A DNA stretch of 64,000 nucleotides. Source: Nymphaea colorata (lineage: Eukaryota). Both the position numbers and the translations under genes were made by a program. Under the pieces are notes generated by a model. That model was not told where the DNA came from, did not search any database, and worked only from the letters and a program-made list of their open reading frames with translations. The stretch is from positions 6,014,001-6,078,000 of the forward strand of contig NC_045138.2 of assembly GCF_008831285.2 (NCBI RefSeq). The letters are read 5' to 3'. Of this stretch, positions 1-11,149 are shown in pieces (the stretch's first letter is position 1; every line of letters begins with the position of its first letter).

Positions 1-584
1 TAATTTCATGATGTAATCTATGCATCTTACAAACAAATGATTTCATCATATCCTTCTTTAAAAATAATGATATGCAATCTTGAAAGTTTAAGATCTATGA
101 TTAAAGATCTATACGTGACATCAGAATTAAAATCTGTTAGATTTGAGGCAATCAAAAACCCCCAACAAGTCGGGCACAAAACAAATAAACAAGCCTAGTT
201 TGAGCTGAAAGATTGAATTGAGTATATAATCAAATTGAACTTGGATCTTAAAAAACCAGCATTCAAATCCACATTCGATTAAACGTGTATATATGCTCTT
301 ATGAAATAGTCTAAACTTGGGGCGCATTATGCAGAGACTTCCTGGTTTCACTTATAAGGGGCTGTCTTCTTGTACCGGTAGAGGTCTCGCCACCTAGTAC
401 TGATGTAGCTCTTGATCTTAAATGCAAGAGGAAGGAGGGAGGCTTCGACTCTTGCTCGGTATGTTGAAATTTGCAATTTTATGTATGGACTTTTGCTCTT
501 ATATAAGATATGAGAACTATGGATTTTACAGTAAAAGTTTTGCCATCTTGTCAAAAATATGTAACATCAGATCGAGTCAACACG

Positions 585-1581
585 GTGAGGCGCAACATCA
601 AGCGCTTCGTGCCTGAGGCGCAAAAGATATATATACAGTTTTAAAAAAGAGTTAAAAACAGAAAAAAATGCCCGCGCGTTTTTTTCATTTCCCCAGCTTT
701 TAACGAGCGAAACCCTGCGCTTGTGTCTCCCTCTAATTCTCTGTCTTCCTCTCGACTCACGGCCGAGTCACGCCTCCTCTCTCCCTCGATTCTCACCGCG
801 GGCGCCGGCGCCCCTCAGGTATCTCTTTCTCTATCTTTCTCTCCGTCCTTCTGTCGATGTCTCTCTCTCTCTCTCTCCGTCTGAGGAGTGGCCGCCCGCC
901 ACTCCTTCTCTCTGTGGGTGAGGGCCGTTGGTGGCCCTCCCTCTCATTTCTCTCTGTGTGCTGAAAACAGGGCTGCCATGGGTAGCCTTGGCCCCTCTCT
1001 CTTTATTGCAATGTAAGCCCTCCCCTCGTCTAATTTCGTGGAATTTTCCAGCTTTTTTTTTGGCGTGAGGTGGTAAATCATTTCCGTCTGTAACTATACT
1101 TTCGTGGGGGCTTTATTCCAGTTGAGAATTCAACCGTTCCTATGTTTTCTAGGTCTTGCTTGTTTTTTTTTTTTTTTTTTTTAAAGGTACCATGTTAGGA
1201 CAAGAGATTTTCTGCGCTTAGAAGCTATTGTTAGCATGGGTATACTACTGTTTAGAAGATTTTGCTAACACAAATCTATTTGAGGATGGCCAAATGTTTG
1301 TTAGATGCTTTGAATATAATTTCGTGATTGTGAATATAACTTGTTTTATCTTGCATTATGAGTATAAATCAATTGTGGTTTGCATGGGCGTGTGTGTTTA
1401 AAAGATGGTCAATATGAGTTAAATTTGTTCTTTTACATCGTTGTTTACTTATGCACTTGTTATTTTAGTTGTTTTTTTTGTTTTCCAAATTTTTCATTCT
1501 TAACTATGGTTCAAAGCCTTGAGACTTATACCTCGCCTCATGATAGGTCCTCGCTTCGCCTCATGGCATTTAGTAACATTG
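585..1581. mobile_element. Non-autonomous hAT-like element (CAATGTT..AACATTG terminus family), left end eroded
   Basis: Subterminal GAGGCG/CGCCTC motifs and a right end ...GCATTTAGTAACATTG resembling the intact copy at 51483-52498. Left TIR and TSD not found. Confidence 0.55.
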
Positions 1582-2684
1582 TATGCACGTGTGTAACTGT
1601 AATATATGGACGCACATGTGCAATTGAATATATTGATATTCATCAAAATGATATTACATTTAGTTTATCATCTTTGACTCATATAGCTGCTTTCTGTTTT
1701 CAGTGAGGGGAGCCAGCAAGGGATAACACATCTCCTTTTTGGTATCTTTTGCGCAGGCTTATTTACCATGGTAAACTTATTAACTAAAGTCTAATATATA
1801 CACCGCAATTTGTATTTGTGCTTAAACTTGAAATTGTATTTATATTTGCTGCAAGTTCTATCTTTTCTTCTTGAATTCTGTTATGTTGTTGAATTATGGG
1901 GTTTGTTTCATATTAAGATCTGATTTGTTCAATTGCCGAATCATGAATTCTAATTTCTATGTGTCTCATATTAACTCTTAAGGTATTGAAGTTGAAATTC
2001 TGTGTGTTGTAGATTGAAGTGTTTTTATATTTCCGTGCACTTAATTTCTTGTTGCTTTAGTTGTTCTTGTCGTTGATGTTGTTATCTCAATCTTGGTTTT
2101 CCTGTTTTGCTTGTTCATTTACAAATTTTAGTATTTTGAACCATATTAGGAGTCTTTTCACGCACAGAAGGCATTGTTTGGATGGGAGATACTACCATTT
2201 ATAGTGTTTTGTTAGGACAAGTTGATTTGGCGATGAAACTATGTTCTTTGAATTGTTTTCAATATGATTCCATGATTGTAGTAAATTAAGATGATTGTGG
2301 TTTGCATATAATGGTCACCTATATTTAGGAAAAAAAAAATCATTGTCCAAGGTTATTGGTTTTTCATAGTTGCTTGTTGAAGTTCATTATACTGTCACAT
2401 AATGCCATAATGCTATAAGCTCAAATTGCAGTCTACGACTTGCAGTCAATCCAATTTCTCTGCTCTCTCGAATTATGCTTGTTTCCCTTCTTCTTTATTA
2501 ATGAGCAGAACTTGTGAAAATGCTGGAGTAATAGGCTTTATGATATTTTGGCCAAAACTTTTGGTATTACAAACGTATGGATTTCCATTAAGATTGTTGT
2601 GGTGTTTCATATATTATAGTTATAGGTTTTATTATGGTTTTCATTGATTTTTGTTATTGTTTTTATTGTGTTTCTCCATTATAG

Positions 2685-5600
2685 GTTGCTCTTGAGAGCA
2701 TTGATGTTAGAGAAAATGGTGGTATCGATGAAGAGGAAACACATATAAGAGTTGAAGAGAGCGACTCTTCAGAGGATGAGGTACATAGGCAAATGTTATA
2801 AATCTTACAAGTTATAGCTCTTCATCAATGATTTGAATGTGCAATTGAAGGCAATCATTTCACTTGATGATGATTTTTCTGTTGTTTTCTGTCTCTTTAT
2901 CCTTAAGTTCTTGCTATTTTTTGTAGGTTCCTTCTAGAAATACTATTGGAGATGTCCCACTGAAATGGTATGAGGAAGAGGAACACATTGGCTATGACAT
3001 ATCAGGAAAGAAGATAAAAAAACAACCCCGAAAGGATAAACTCGATGCATTTTTAGCAGATACTGATGATTCAAAGAACTGGTAAGCTTTATTCAGTGCC
3101 TGTATTCCCGTGCATGGCATGTGTGTCTTGCATACTTCATTGATAAAGCTATGCCAGTAAGGTATCATGAGGTTTTTTCTCACCTAGATTTTCCATCAGA
3201 ACAAACTTGTATTTATGTTTAAGAGTCTGTGTATGTAAAATAATGTTATTTGATTATATTAAACTTGTACTGCAGAAAACTAGGATTGGGTAAGCTGAAA
3301 TAGCAGAGATATGTAAAGTGTAAAGCGTAAGCCAAGCCATAAGAAAAGGAAAAACAAAAAAAATATCAAAACTTTCATGTGTGTGTCCAGAGCTTTCCTG
3401 TTCACTTTCTTTGTTTCTGTCCATTCCAGTTGCTTTTATATGTTGAACTTGTCATGCAGAAATGTGTGTGTCCGGAGCTTTTCTGTTCACTTTCTTTGTT
3501 TCTGTTCATTCTATTTGCTTTTTCATGTTGAACTTGTCATGCAGAAAGTTAGCAATAGGTAAGATTAAACAACAGAGATAGTTTTTATATATATGAAACT
3601 TTTTCCTTTATGTGCTTCACTTTTACATCAGTCCAATTTACAGAATTTGAAAAGTTACAACTGCAGACATGGTTCCCCGTATGTCAATTTTTTAGAGCTT
3701 ATTTTATACTTGTTTTTCTGTTTATGTGCTTTACTTTTACTCCCGTGTAATTTAGAAAATATAAAAGCTGGCTCTTTAGACTGTTTTTATGCTTTTTGTC
3801 AACCTTCTTTCCTTTCTTTGACTGTTTAAATTTGGATGCTTCTGGAGGAAAGAAGCATTTTACGGCTTAAGAGTTCTGTATCTCTTTTCAGGCGAAGAAT
3901 ATATGATGAATACAATGATGAAGAAGTGGAACTGACAAAAGAAGAGACTAAGATTATACAGAGCTTGTTAAGAGGAAAGACTCCACATGGTGATGCCAAT
4001 CCTTATGAGGTATGCATTCAAACATGCTTTGACAGGTTTTATTTGCTTTAACTTGTTAACCTTCTCAGTTTTTGCTTTGATCAGTGTTTTACATGCATCC
4101 CTCTTCGTTAAATCTTTGGTTCATAAATGCAGCCTTCTGTTGACTGGTTTGATTGGGAAGGAAAAGGGCATCCATTATCTAATGCTCCAGAGCCAAAGCG
4201 ACGTTTTATACCATCAAAATCGGAACATAAGAAGGTAGTTTTAGTTGTGTTCTATAACTCCTTTCTCAGGGCTTCAGGATGAGATAACCTGAACTTGTTG
4301 CTTTTTTTTGGACTGGCTTTTTTTGTTGTTGTTTCAGGTGGTTAGCCTTGCTAGAGCAATCAGGAAAGGATTAATAAAATTTAGCAATCTAACAGAGGAA
4401 AATGATCAGAGTTATTTAATGTGGGGTGATGATTCTAGTCCTAATGATAATGCAGAAAAGGGTTCAATCTATTTCCCACCACCAAAACCAAAAGTGCCTG
4501 GTATTTTCATTTTTTACTCCTTTTTTTTAGTATCAAATTTAAGATATGCTGTATTTATTTCTGAGGAATGTTTGTTCTAGCGTTTGGGAGTAGCTTACAT
4601 TTTCCTTTTCCTTTTGTGATGAAATTGACAGTGACTGGGTACACAAATATGCATGGTCTGCATGGTGACTTGGCCATGCCATGGCAACTTCATTTCTAAT
4701 ATCAGATTAAATCTGCAAATATACTTGTAGAAGATAGTTATGCATTTTTTCTGAAGTGTCTATTATGATGTATACGTGCATATGAACTGGTATTTTAATC
4801 ATATTTGTTTTATTAGTACATGCATATTCATCCTATTGCACATGAGTATTGGAACTTTATAGCATGTGTATAAACTCTATGTTATATATATGTGCATGTT
4901 TAATGTATGCATATATTGTCAAACAGAACACTTGCTTCATCATTGTCATATATGAAGATACATCATCTGGTAGAAATATAAATTGGCTCAATCATGATGA
5001 AGCTTGTTTGACTTGGCCAATCTTATCAGTTTCTTGGTTCTATTCATTTAACCAGGTGTCTGATCCGGACTTAGTCAACCAAGTGACTGGTTGACTTAGT
5101 GAGTTTCAATGCCTTTTAAATTGAAGAAAATGCTGTTATTTGTGCTTTTTATCATCTTGTTCAATTTGCCTTTCTTATGGAAGTTTATTTGTATGATGAC
5201 AAGTGTGGGTTGAGTTTATGTTTTTTCTCCTCATTGTGTGGATCTGGGATTTTGCTTTGTGCAGGGCATGAAACGTCATTTCGTCCTTCTGTTGAGTTTA
5301 TTCCTACACAGGAAGAGATAAATTCTTATGAGCTCATGTTTGAGGAGGACCGTCCAAAATTTATTCCAAGAGGGTATGCTTATACATCTTTGTGAACGTC
5401 ATATATGATGAGTACCTTTTTGTGGTTAATGTTGATTTTTAACATTCTTCATTTTCTCGTTGTTTGTGTTGGCAGATATGAGTTCCTTAGAGAGGTTCCT
5501 GCTTACATGAATCTCAAAGACTGTTTTGAACGCTGTCTTGACCTTTACTTGTGCCCAAGGACTCGAAAAAAGAAGGTTAGTTTGGACATATACTGCACAT

Positions 5601-7911
5601 CAAACATATTTTTTATGCTTGTCATCTCGAGACTAAAAGCTTTTGCAATGATTATTTGCTGTTTCTGCCTTCTACAGCTTAACATTGATCCTGAAGATTT
5701 AAAGCCTAAGCTTCCAAACAAGAAAAACCTGCAGCCATACCCGACAACTTGTTTTCTGGAGTACAAGGGCCATACAGGGCCTGTTACATCAATTTCTATT
5801 GAATCATCTGGTCAATTGATTGCTTCTGGTATGAAAAACAGTTTTCTTTTCTATAGTGGTGAGATAAATTATCATCTTGAACACTTAACGTCAATTGTTT
5901 CATTCTCATGTTTGAAGGTTCAATTGATGGAACTGTGCGTATCTGGGAGATTGAAACCAGTAGATGTCTGAGAGACTGGAGATTTGATGAGCCAATCCTG
6001 CATGTTGCATGGAATCCAATTTCTGAACTTCCTATCTTGGCTGTTGCTGTGTGAGTGAAATTTTTTATTTACTAAATGTTCAATTGCATTAATCCACTTA
6101 ATTCTGAACCTATTCTTGCTTCAGGGGACAAGATGTGGTTCTTTTGAATGCAAGTCTTGGAAATGCTGAGGATGAAGAAAAGGTTAAAGACCTTCTGCAT
6201 GTTTCAGCACCAGTTGAGACAGATGAATCAAGTGAGCTACTGATGCTGTATCTGTTAATTTTGCCAACTCATGTATGTTGGTCCTTATAATGTACAATAT
6301 GTTAGGTAATAAAGTTTCTCCTGTGACCTGGGCTCAACATGGTACACATGATGGCATCAAGTTAAAACACTTCAAAGTATATCTCTGTCACTTTTCTCAG
6401 TGTACTTTGTGAACGTACAAGTCACAACATACTGTGTTGCCTAAAATATGCCTGTGTAATGTTGTGTCTAATTTTTATCTACTGTGGCAGGCTGTGTCAT
6501 CAGTTGAATGGCATCGGAAAGGTGACTACTTCACAACAGTTGTACCAGATGATATCCATGGGCTGAAATTATTTGTCTTAGAACTATATATATATGATAG
6601 TTCTGTAAACCTGGTTAATATTTTCTTTATATACTTACAGTTATTTGTAAGTTTGTCAGCAAACTTGTAGGCCTTTATATCCTTCTGTTGGATTCCTTGA
6701 CTTCTTTACACGGGACTCCAGATCAATACTTATACATCAGCTGTCAAAGAAACTAACACATAATCCATTCAAGAAGTTGCACGGAATTGCTGTTTCAGCT
6801 GTTTTCCACCCTTCTCGTTCAACCTTCTTTATTGCTACTCGGAAGAATGTACGTGTATATGATCTTGTGAAACATACACTTATTAAAAAGCTTGAGACTC
6901 GTCTTCGAGAAGTGTCATCTATTGCAATCCATCCTGCAGGTTTGTGTCCTTGCATTTTCATGGTCACTTTCCTGGTAACCTCAGTCCTTATGAATCTGCT
7001 TTGTATAGGTGACAATGTAATAGTTGGGAGCAAAGACGGAAAACTCTGTTGGTTTGACATGGACCTCTCATCTCGGCCTTACAGAACTCTGACCCTGGGG
7101 TATGTCAGCTGCTGAGAACTCTTCAAATATTTTTCTCTTTGTTGAATGGATGTGACAAACAGATAAACTATTTCCTGATATCTGTTTCTCGGGAGAGTTG
7201 CAAGATCACATTTTCTTATATTTGTACCCTAAATTGATCAATTTAGTATCATTTTCTGGATTTCCATTTGCTATTGGTGTTTGTCACAATGATGACACAG
7301 ACACAGACAGCAGGCAAGCCTTTATTGAGGTTAATGTAATTTCTTCCAATTTGCAGGAATAAATCCAAGGACATTAATCATGTTGCCTTCCATCGTTCAT
7401 ATCCACTGTTTGCTTCATGTTCGGATGACTGCTTAGCGTCTGTCTTTCACGGAATGGTGTATTCAGATCTTAATGAGAATCCTTGCATTATGGCGCTTGA
7501 GACTCTAACGGGACATCAAAGTGCAAATGGCAGAGGTGTGTGTTTTCTTATTGCATGTTCTTTGGTTATTTTTGTATGTATGTCTTCATTAAGATAAAGT
7601 TTTGAATTCCACCATTCGAGTTTTTTTTTTGTCATGCTCAATATGCAACGGGTATGCTCCATGTTTGGTGTGTGGTTGCAGTAGTACTCACATTTTTCTA
7701 TATGGAGAGGGACTTGAGTTTCTCTCTGCTTTTGATGCCACAAAAAACTATGGTAGTCCAAGTCCATCAGGGAATATTAAGAACTGTGTAGTTCTACTAT
7801 AAGTATGGGTACCGGTACGGGTATGAACCACTTTCAAAAAACTTAGGTGCGGGAGTACAACCGTACACACCCGTGCACATATATATCAAAAAATTACAAG
7901 CAGAATAACAT

Positions 7912-8001
<90 letters not shown>

Positions 8002-9459
8002 TACAAACAGAATAACATATTCACACACATATATATATGCAAAAATTACAAACACAATAACATGTTCATAAATCGTGATGATCTACCAGAAAACTGAGAA
8101 AACAATGCAAAGCACACATGGAAGAAAAACACAAAAAGATTCATAAAACAGATGATCCACCAAACAAATGGAAAATGAAAATTGTGTTATTGGAAGAAAG
8201 TTTTAAGGAGGAACTGGAAAACCAAAACCAGAACTCTAACAAAACAGTTGCATCTATCGACAATATACAAAAGGACACAAAAGCAACGATTTCGATTTTC
8301 AAACATGACCCTGTTCTCAAGGGACAAAATTGCAGCGCACAACTGGACTGGTTGTTAGACTGAAGACACACACCAGGTTCTATCTACAACTATCAAGAAG
8401 TGCTGTTGTGGTCAATAATTCCATGTTCAGCATTACGAGAAAAGAAGAACCACAAATGAAACCAGGCAAAGAAGGAACAGAACCAGGAAAAGCAAGAAGA
8501 GGGAAAGGATTGATATTAAAAACTGAATAAAAAACAGAAAAGCACATTTAACCAAGTTCAGGAACTAAGAAAACAATTGAAATGCTAAATCTCGTCTATT
8601 AAATCCCCTAAAACCCTACAAAGAACAGAACAGAAAGTGAAGGGCCGACGAAAAAGCCAAAACCGGCCAAGAATGATTACGAAGGCACAAACAGAAAACG
8701 GAAGAACAAAAAATGAAGAAAGGAGCTCGCTCTTCACAAAACAAACTAGATTTTCAACAGATGAAACCAAAAGCTGCATCGGAAAGCACTAAAAACCTTT
8801 ATCTTTGTCGTTCGCCACTCGCCGTTTGCAGTTCGCCTCTCGCCTCTCTCTATTTGCCATCGCCGCTCGCCGTTTGCCGGAGTGGAGAATCGCCTCCTGT
8901 TGTCGGTCTTCACAGGTCTCGGTGAAGAAGAGTGAAGAACGAACTTGCGTATTTTTAACGTGAATAAAGTAAACCGCGTTAAATTGTAGATCACGTTTAA
9001 AAACAAAAAAAAGGTCGAAATTGGACTTGGTCAACTTTCACCGAGTCCGAAAATGGATGGACTCGACCTTGGGTGCATTGACCGTACCCGGTACGGTCAA
9101 CGCAGCACCTGCGCCGCACCCATACCGGTACCGTTGTCGAACCGGTACCATGCGGGTACTCCTCCTTAAATGGAGTACCCATGTGACATAGGTGCCATGT
9201 TGTAGTTTCAGTCCTTTGATTTTGTTGTCGTCCATGGATTTCTTGCTTTAAATTGTTGAAACTATAAGTATGAAATAACATGTCATGTTTCCTTCTGAAA
9301 AAGGATAGAGATCCTTTTGTTTAGTCATTATAAAATAATCAAACGCTGATCTGTTCTTTTCATATCCATACAGGAGTCCTGGATTGCAAATTCCACCCTA
9401 GGCAGCCTTGGCTGTTCACAGCTGGTGCTGATTCAATAATTAAGCTGTTTTGTCACTAA
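2685..9459 (+). CDS. BOP1: Ribosome biogenesis protein BOP1/ERB1 homolog (BOP1NT domain + WD40 repeats); 5' end unresolved
   Basis: Phase-consistent exons: 2685-2780, 2927-3081, 3892-4009, 4133-4234, 4338-4500, 5265-5373, 5476-5575, 5678-5828, 5918-6050, 6125-6231, 6306-6376, 6491-6551, 6712-6939, 7009-7099, 7357-7535, 9374-9459 (TAA). Total 1950 nt = 649 aa + stop. Family motifs: ESDSSEDEVPSRNTIGDVPLKWYEEEEHIGYDISGKKI, APEPKRRFIPSK, FERCLDLYLCPR, LKPKLPNKKNLQPYP, WHRKGDYF, WFDMDLSSRPY, FHGMVYSDL, GVLDCKFHPRQPWLFTAGAD. All introns are GT-AG except one AT-AC. The start codon may be the ATG at 1768-1770 (followed by a GT donor) or lie further upstream. Confidence 0.93.
3377..3546. repeat. Tandem duplication, 2 x ~85 bp, in a BOP1 intron
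   Basis: ATGTGTGTGTCC(A/G)GAGCTTT...GAACTTGTCATGCAGAA occurs twice head-to-tail. Confidence 0.85.
6552..6711 (+). other. U12-type (minor spliceosome) AT-AC intron in BOP1
   Basis: 5' end ATATCCATG at 6552. U12 branch site TTCCTTGAC at 6693-6701. Intron ends ...TTTACAC at 6711. Removal restores the frame VVPD-G-DSRSILIHQLSKK; I found no GT-AG pair of compatible phase. Confidence 0.9.
7797..9191. mobile_element. Non-autonomous hAT-like element (CTATGTCAC..GTGACATAG family) in the last BOP1 intron, containing a (CA)n(TA)n microsatellite
   Basis: Right end GTACCCATGTGACATAG; degenerate left end CTATAAGTATGGGTAC; subterminal GGTAC/GTACC repeats. Same termini as the copy at 30325-30760. TSD not recognisable. 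Confidence 0.7.
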
Positions 9460-11149
9460 TCTATAATTTTACAACGAGAATGCACATCATCAACTGCAGC
9501 TCTGGAAATAGAACACACCACTGGAAATTTTTGGATTGTGTACATATGAAGAGTCTTGGCAGCTTCTCTCCGCACCTTGGCTGGTTATCTATGCTGGTTA
9601 ATTTACCTGTATGCTAAAAGAACCATAGAGGATGATTGGGAACAGATGGGCAGTCATGTTGATAACCTTAGGTAGTGGTTATCACGGATAGTATGCAAAG
9701 CTTTATCAGACCTCTCGAAGCCCATCCAATGAGGAAAGGTGCATTGAGAAATTAGGTAAGTGGGCAGATCATCAACATTTTCTCAAATTAATGGCCATCG
9801 TTATTTTTATATACCGCAGAATGCTAGTGGTTCTCTGATCTCTTATTGATAGGGAAGTGTATGCTTTTCCTACTCCTTGGTGCTTCTGTTCTTTTGTACC
9901 TTTATGGACAAGTCTCTAGTGTTTATTTTTTGAAACACGAAATTTTGTTTAAGGTTAAAAAGAAAAACTCCATCTCTCTCTCTCTCTCTCTTTTGTGGGA
10001 ACCTGAGCGGCAAGGAATTTTTTAAGTTAGATTCATATTATTGAGTTTTTCCAGGCAGAAAAAAGGTAACCTGCAGTTTCTAACCTAAGTTTTGGGCCAA
10101 GCTGCATGGTGTATTGTTATCGTGGTAGAATATCTCCCAGTGTTGTACTGGTTGCTTTATTTATTTAATCATGATAACCTTTGAAGAAAGGAAAGCTAGG
10201 GGGACCCCGTCTACCATGCCGTTAGGCAGATCAACTCGTCGCCCTTGTTTACCACATTGGGTATTACTACTTGCATAATATGGACATCTTTTTGGTCCAT
10301 TTTTAAGTCACTTCATGTTCATCAATTACTTCAATTATTTTTATATCATGGCTTGAACTTTACTTCATGTATTTTTGTCTTAAGCCATCCGAAGCTTGCT
10401 ATAAGTTCAATTATTTTTCTGCCATTAGCCTGAAATCCCACGTAAATATTCAAGGGTGTTAATCCTTTGCGTTGTCTTCCAAATAGGCTGTTCCAGTGCA
10501 GACCTTTTGGGGAGGTTAGATTTATTCCACATCAAGAAACAATGAATCATACGACAAAAAGGACCCAGCAAAAGCCAAAAGAAAACCGTAGTTAAGAGGG
10601 TCCCAAAAACCTGGGATACAATCACAACAGAAATGTTGACAGCTATTTGAACAAAGGCGACTACAGTTCCGAGGGTCAACGCTATTAATCTTTCTTATTC
10701 CCAAACCTTGTCAGTTATAAAGCCTACCAGCTCTGTTCAGCACTCTGTTCATGGCACAAAACACTAAGCACATGTTGATAAATTCTATTTCATTTCTGAG
10801 ATTTGGAAAACACAACTAGGGTTGCACATGAGCGCCTAGTTGGGGCAGCTTGAGCTCAACTCGACTCAAAAAACTCAGAGCTTGAGCTTGCCTTGGGGGC
10901 AGCTTGAGCTCAACTCGACTCAAAAAACTCGGAGCTTGAGTTTGCCTTGAGCTCGATAGCAACGATACAATGTCGAGCTCAAACTTGACTTGTTTAACTC
11001 TGTTAAGCATGTTTAGTTTCTTTCTAACACTAACTTGTTTAACTTGTATTGTTTGCTATTCTTTTAACTGTTTTCTCATATGCAACCCAAACAAATGGCA
11101 TCATCTGTTCATCGCTATATCAGCACAGAAGATCAATACAGGTGGTAAT

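Noticed and set aside
359..458. Possible upstream BOP1 exon ending at TCG/GTATGT
   Set aside because: One frame is open but it has no start codon, a weak acceptor and no BOP1-like acidic composition.
4994..5063. ATGATGA...CTGA in a BOP1 intron as a possible intronic snoRNA
   Set aside because: Only about 8 nt (AACCAGGT) complement the 18S 5' end, and such boxes are frequent by chance in AT-rich introns.
10840..10960. ~57-bp tandem GAGCTCAACTCGACTC repeats resembling a CRISPR-like array
   Set aside because: Eukaryotic context, no unique spacers, and the sequence matches MITE subterminal repeats at 11911-12311.
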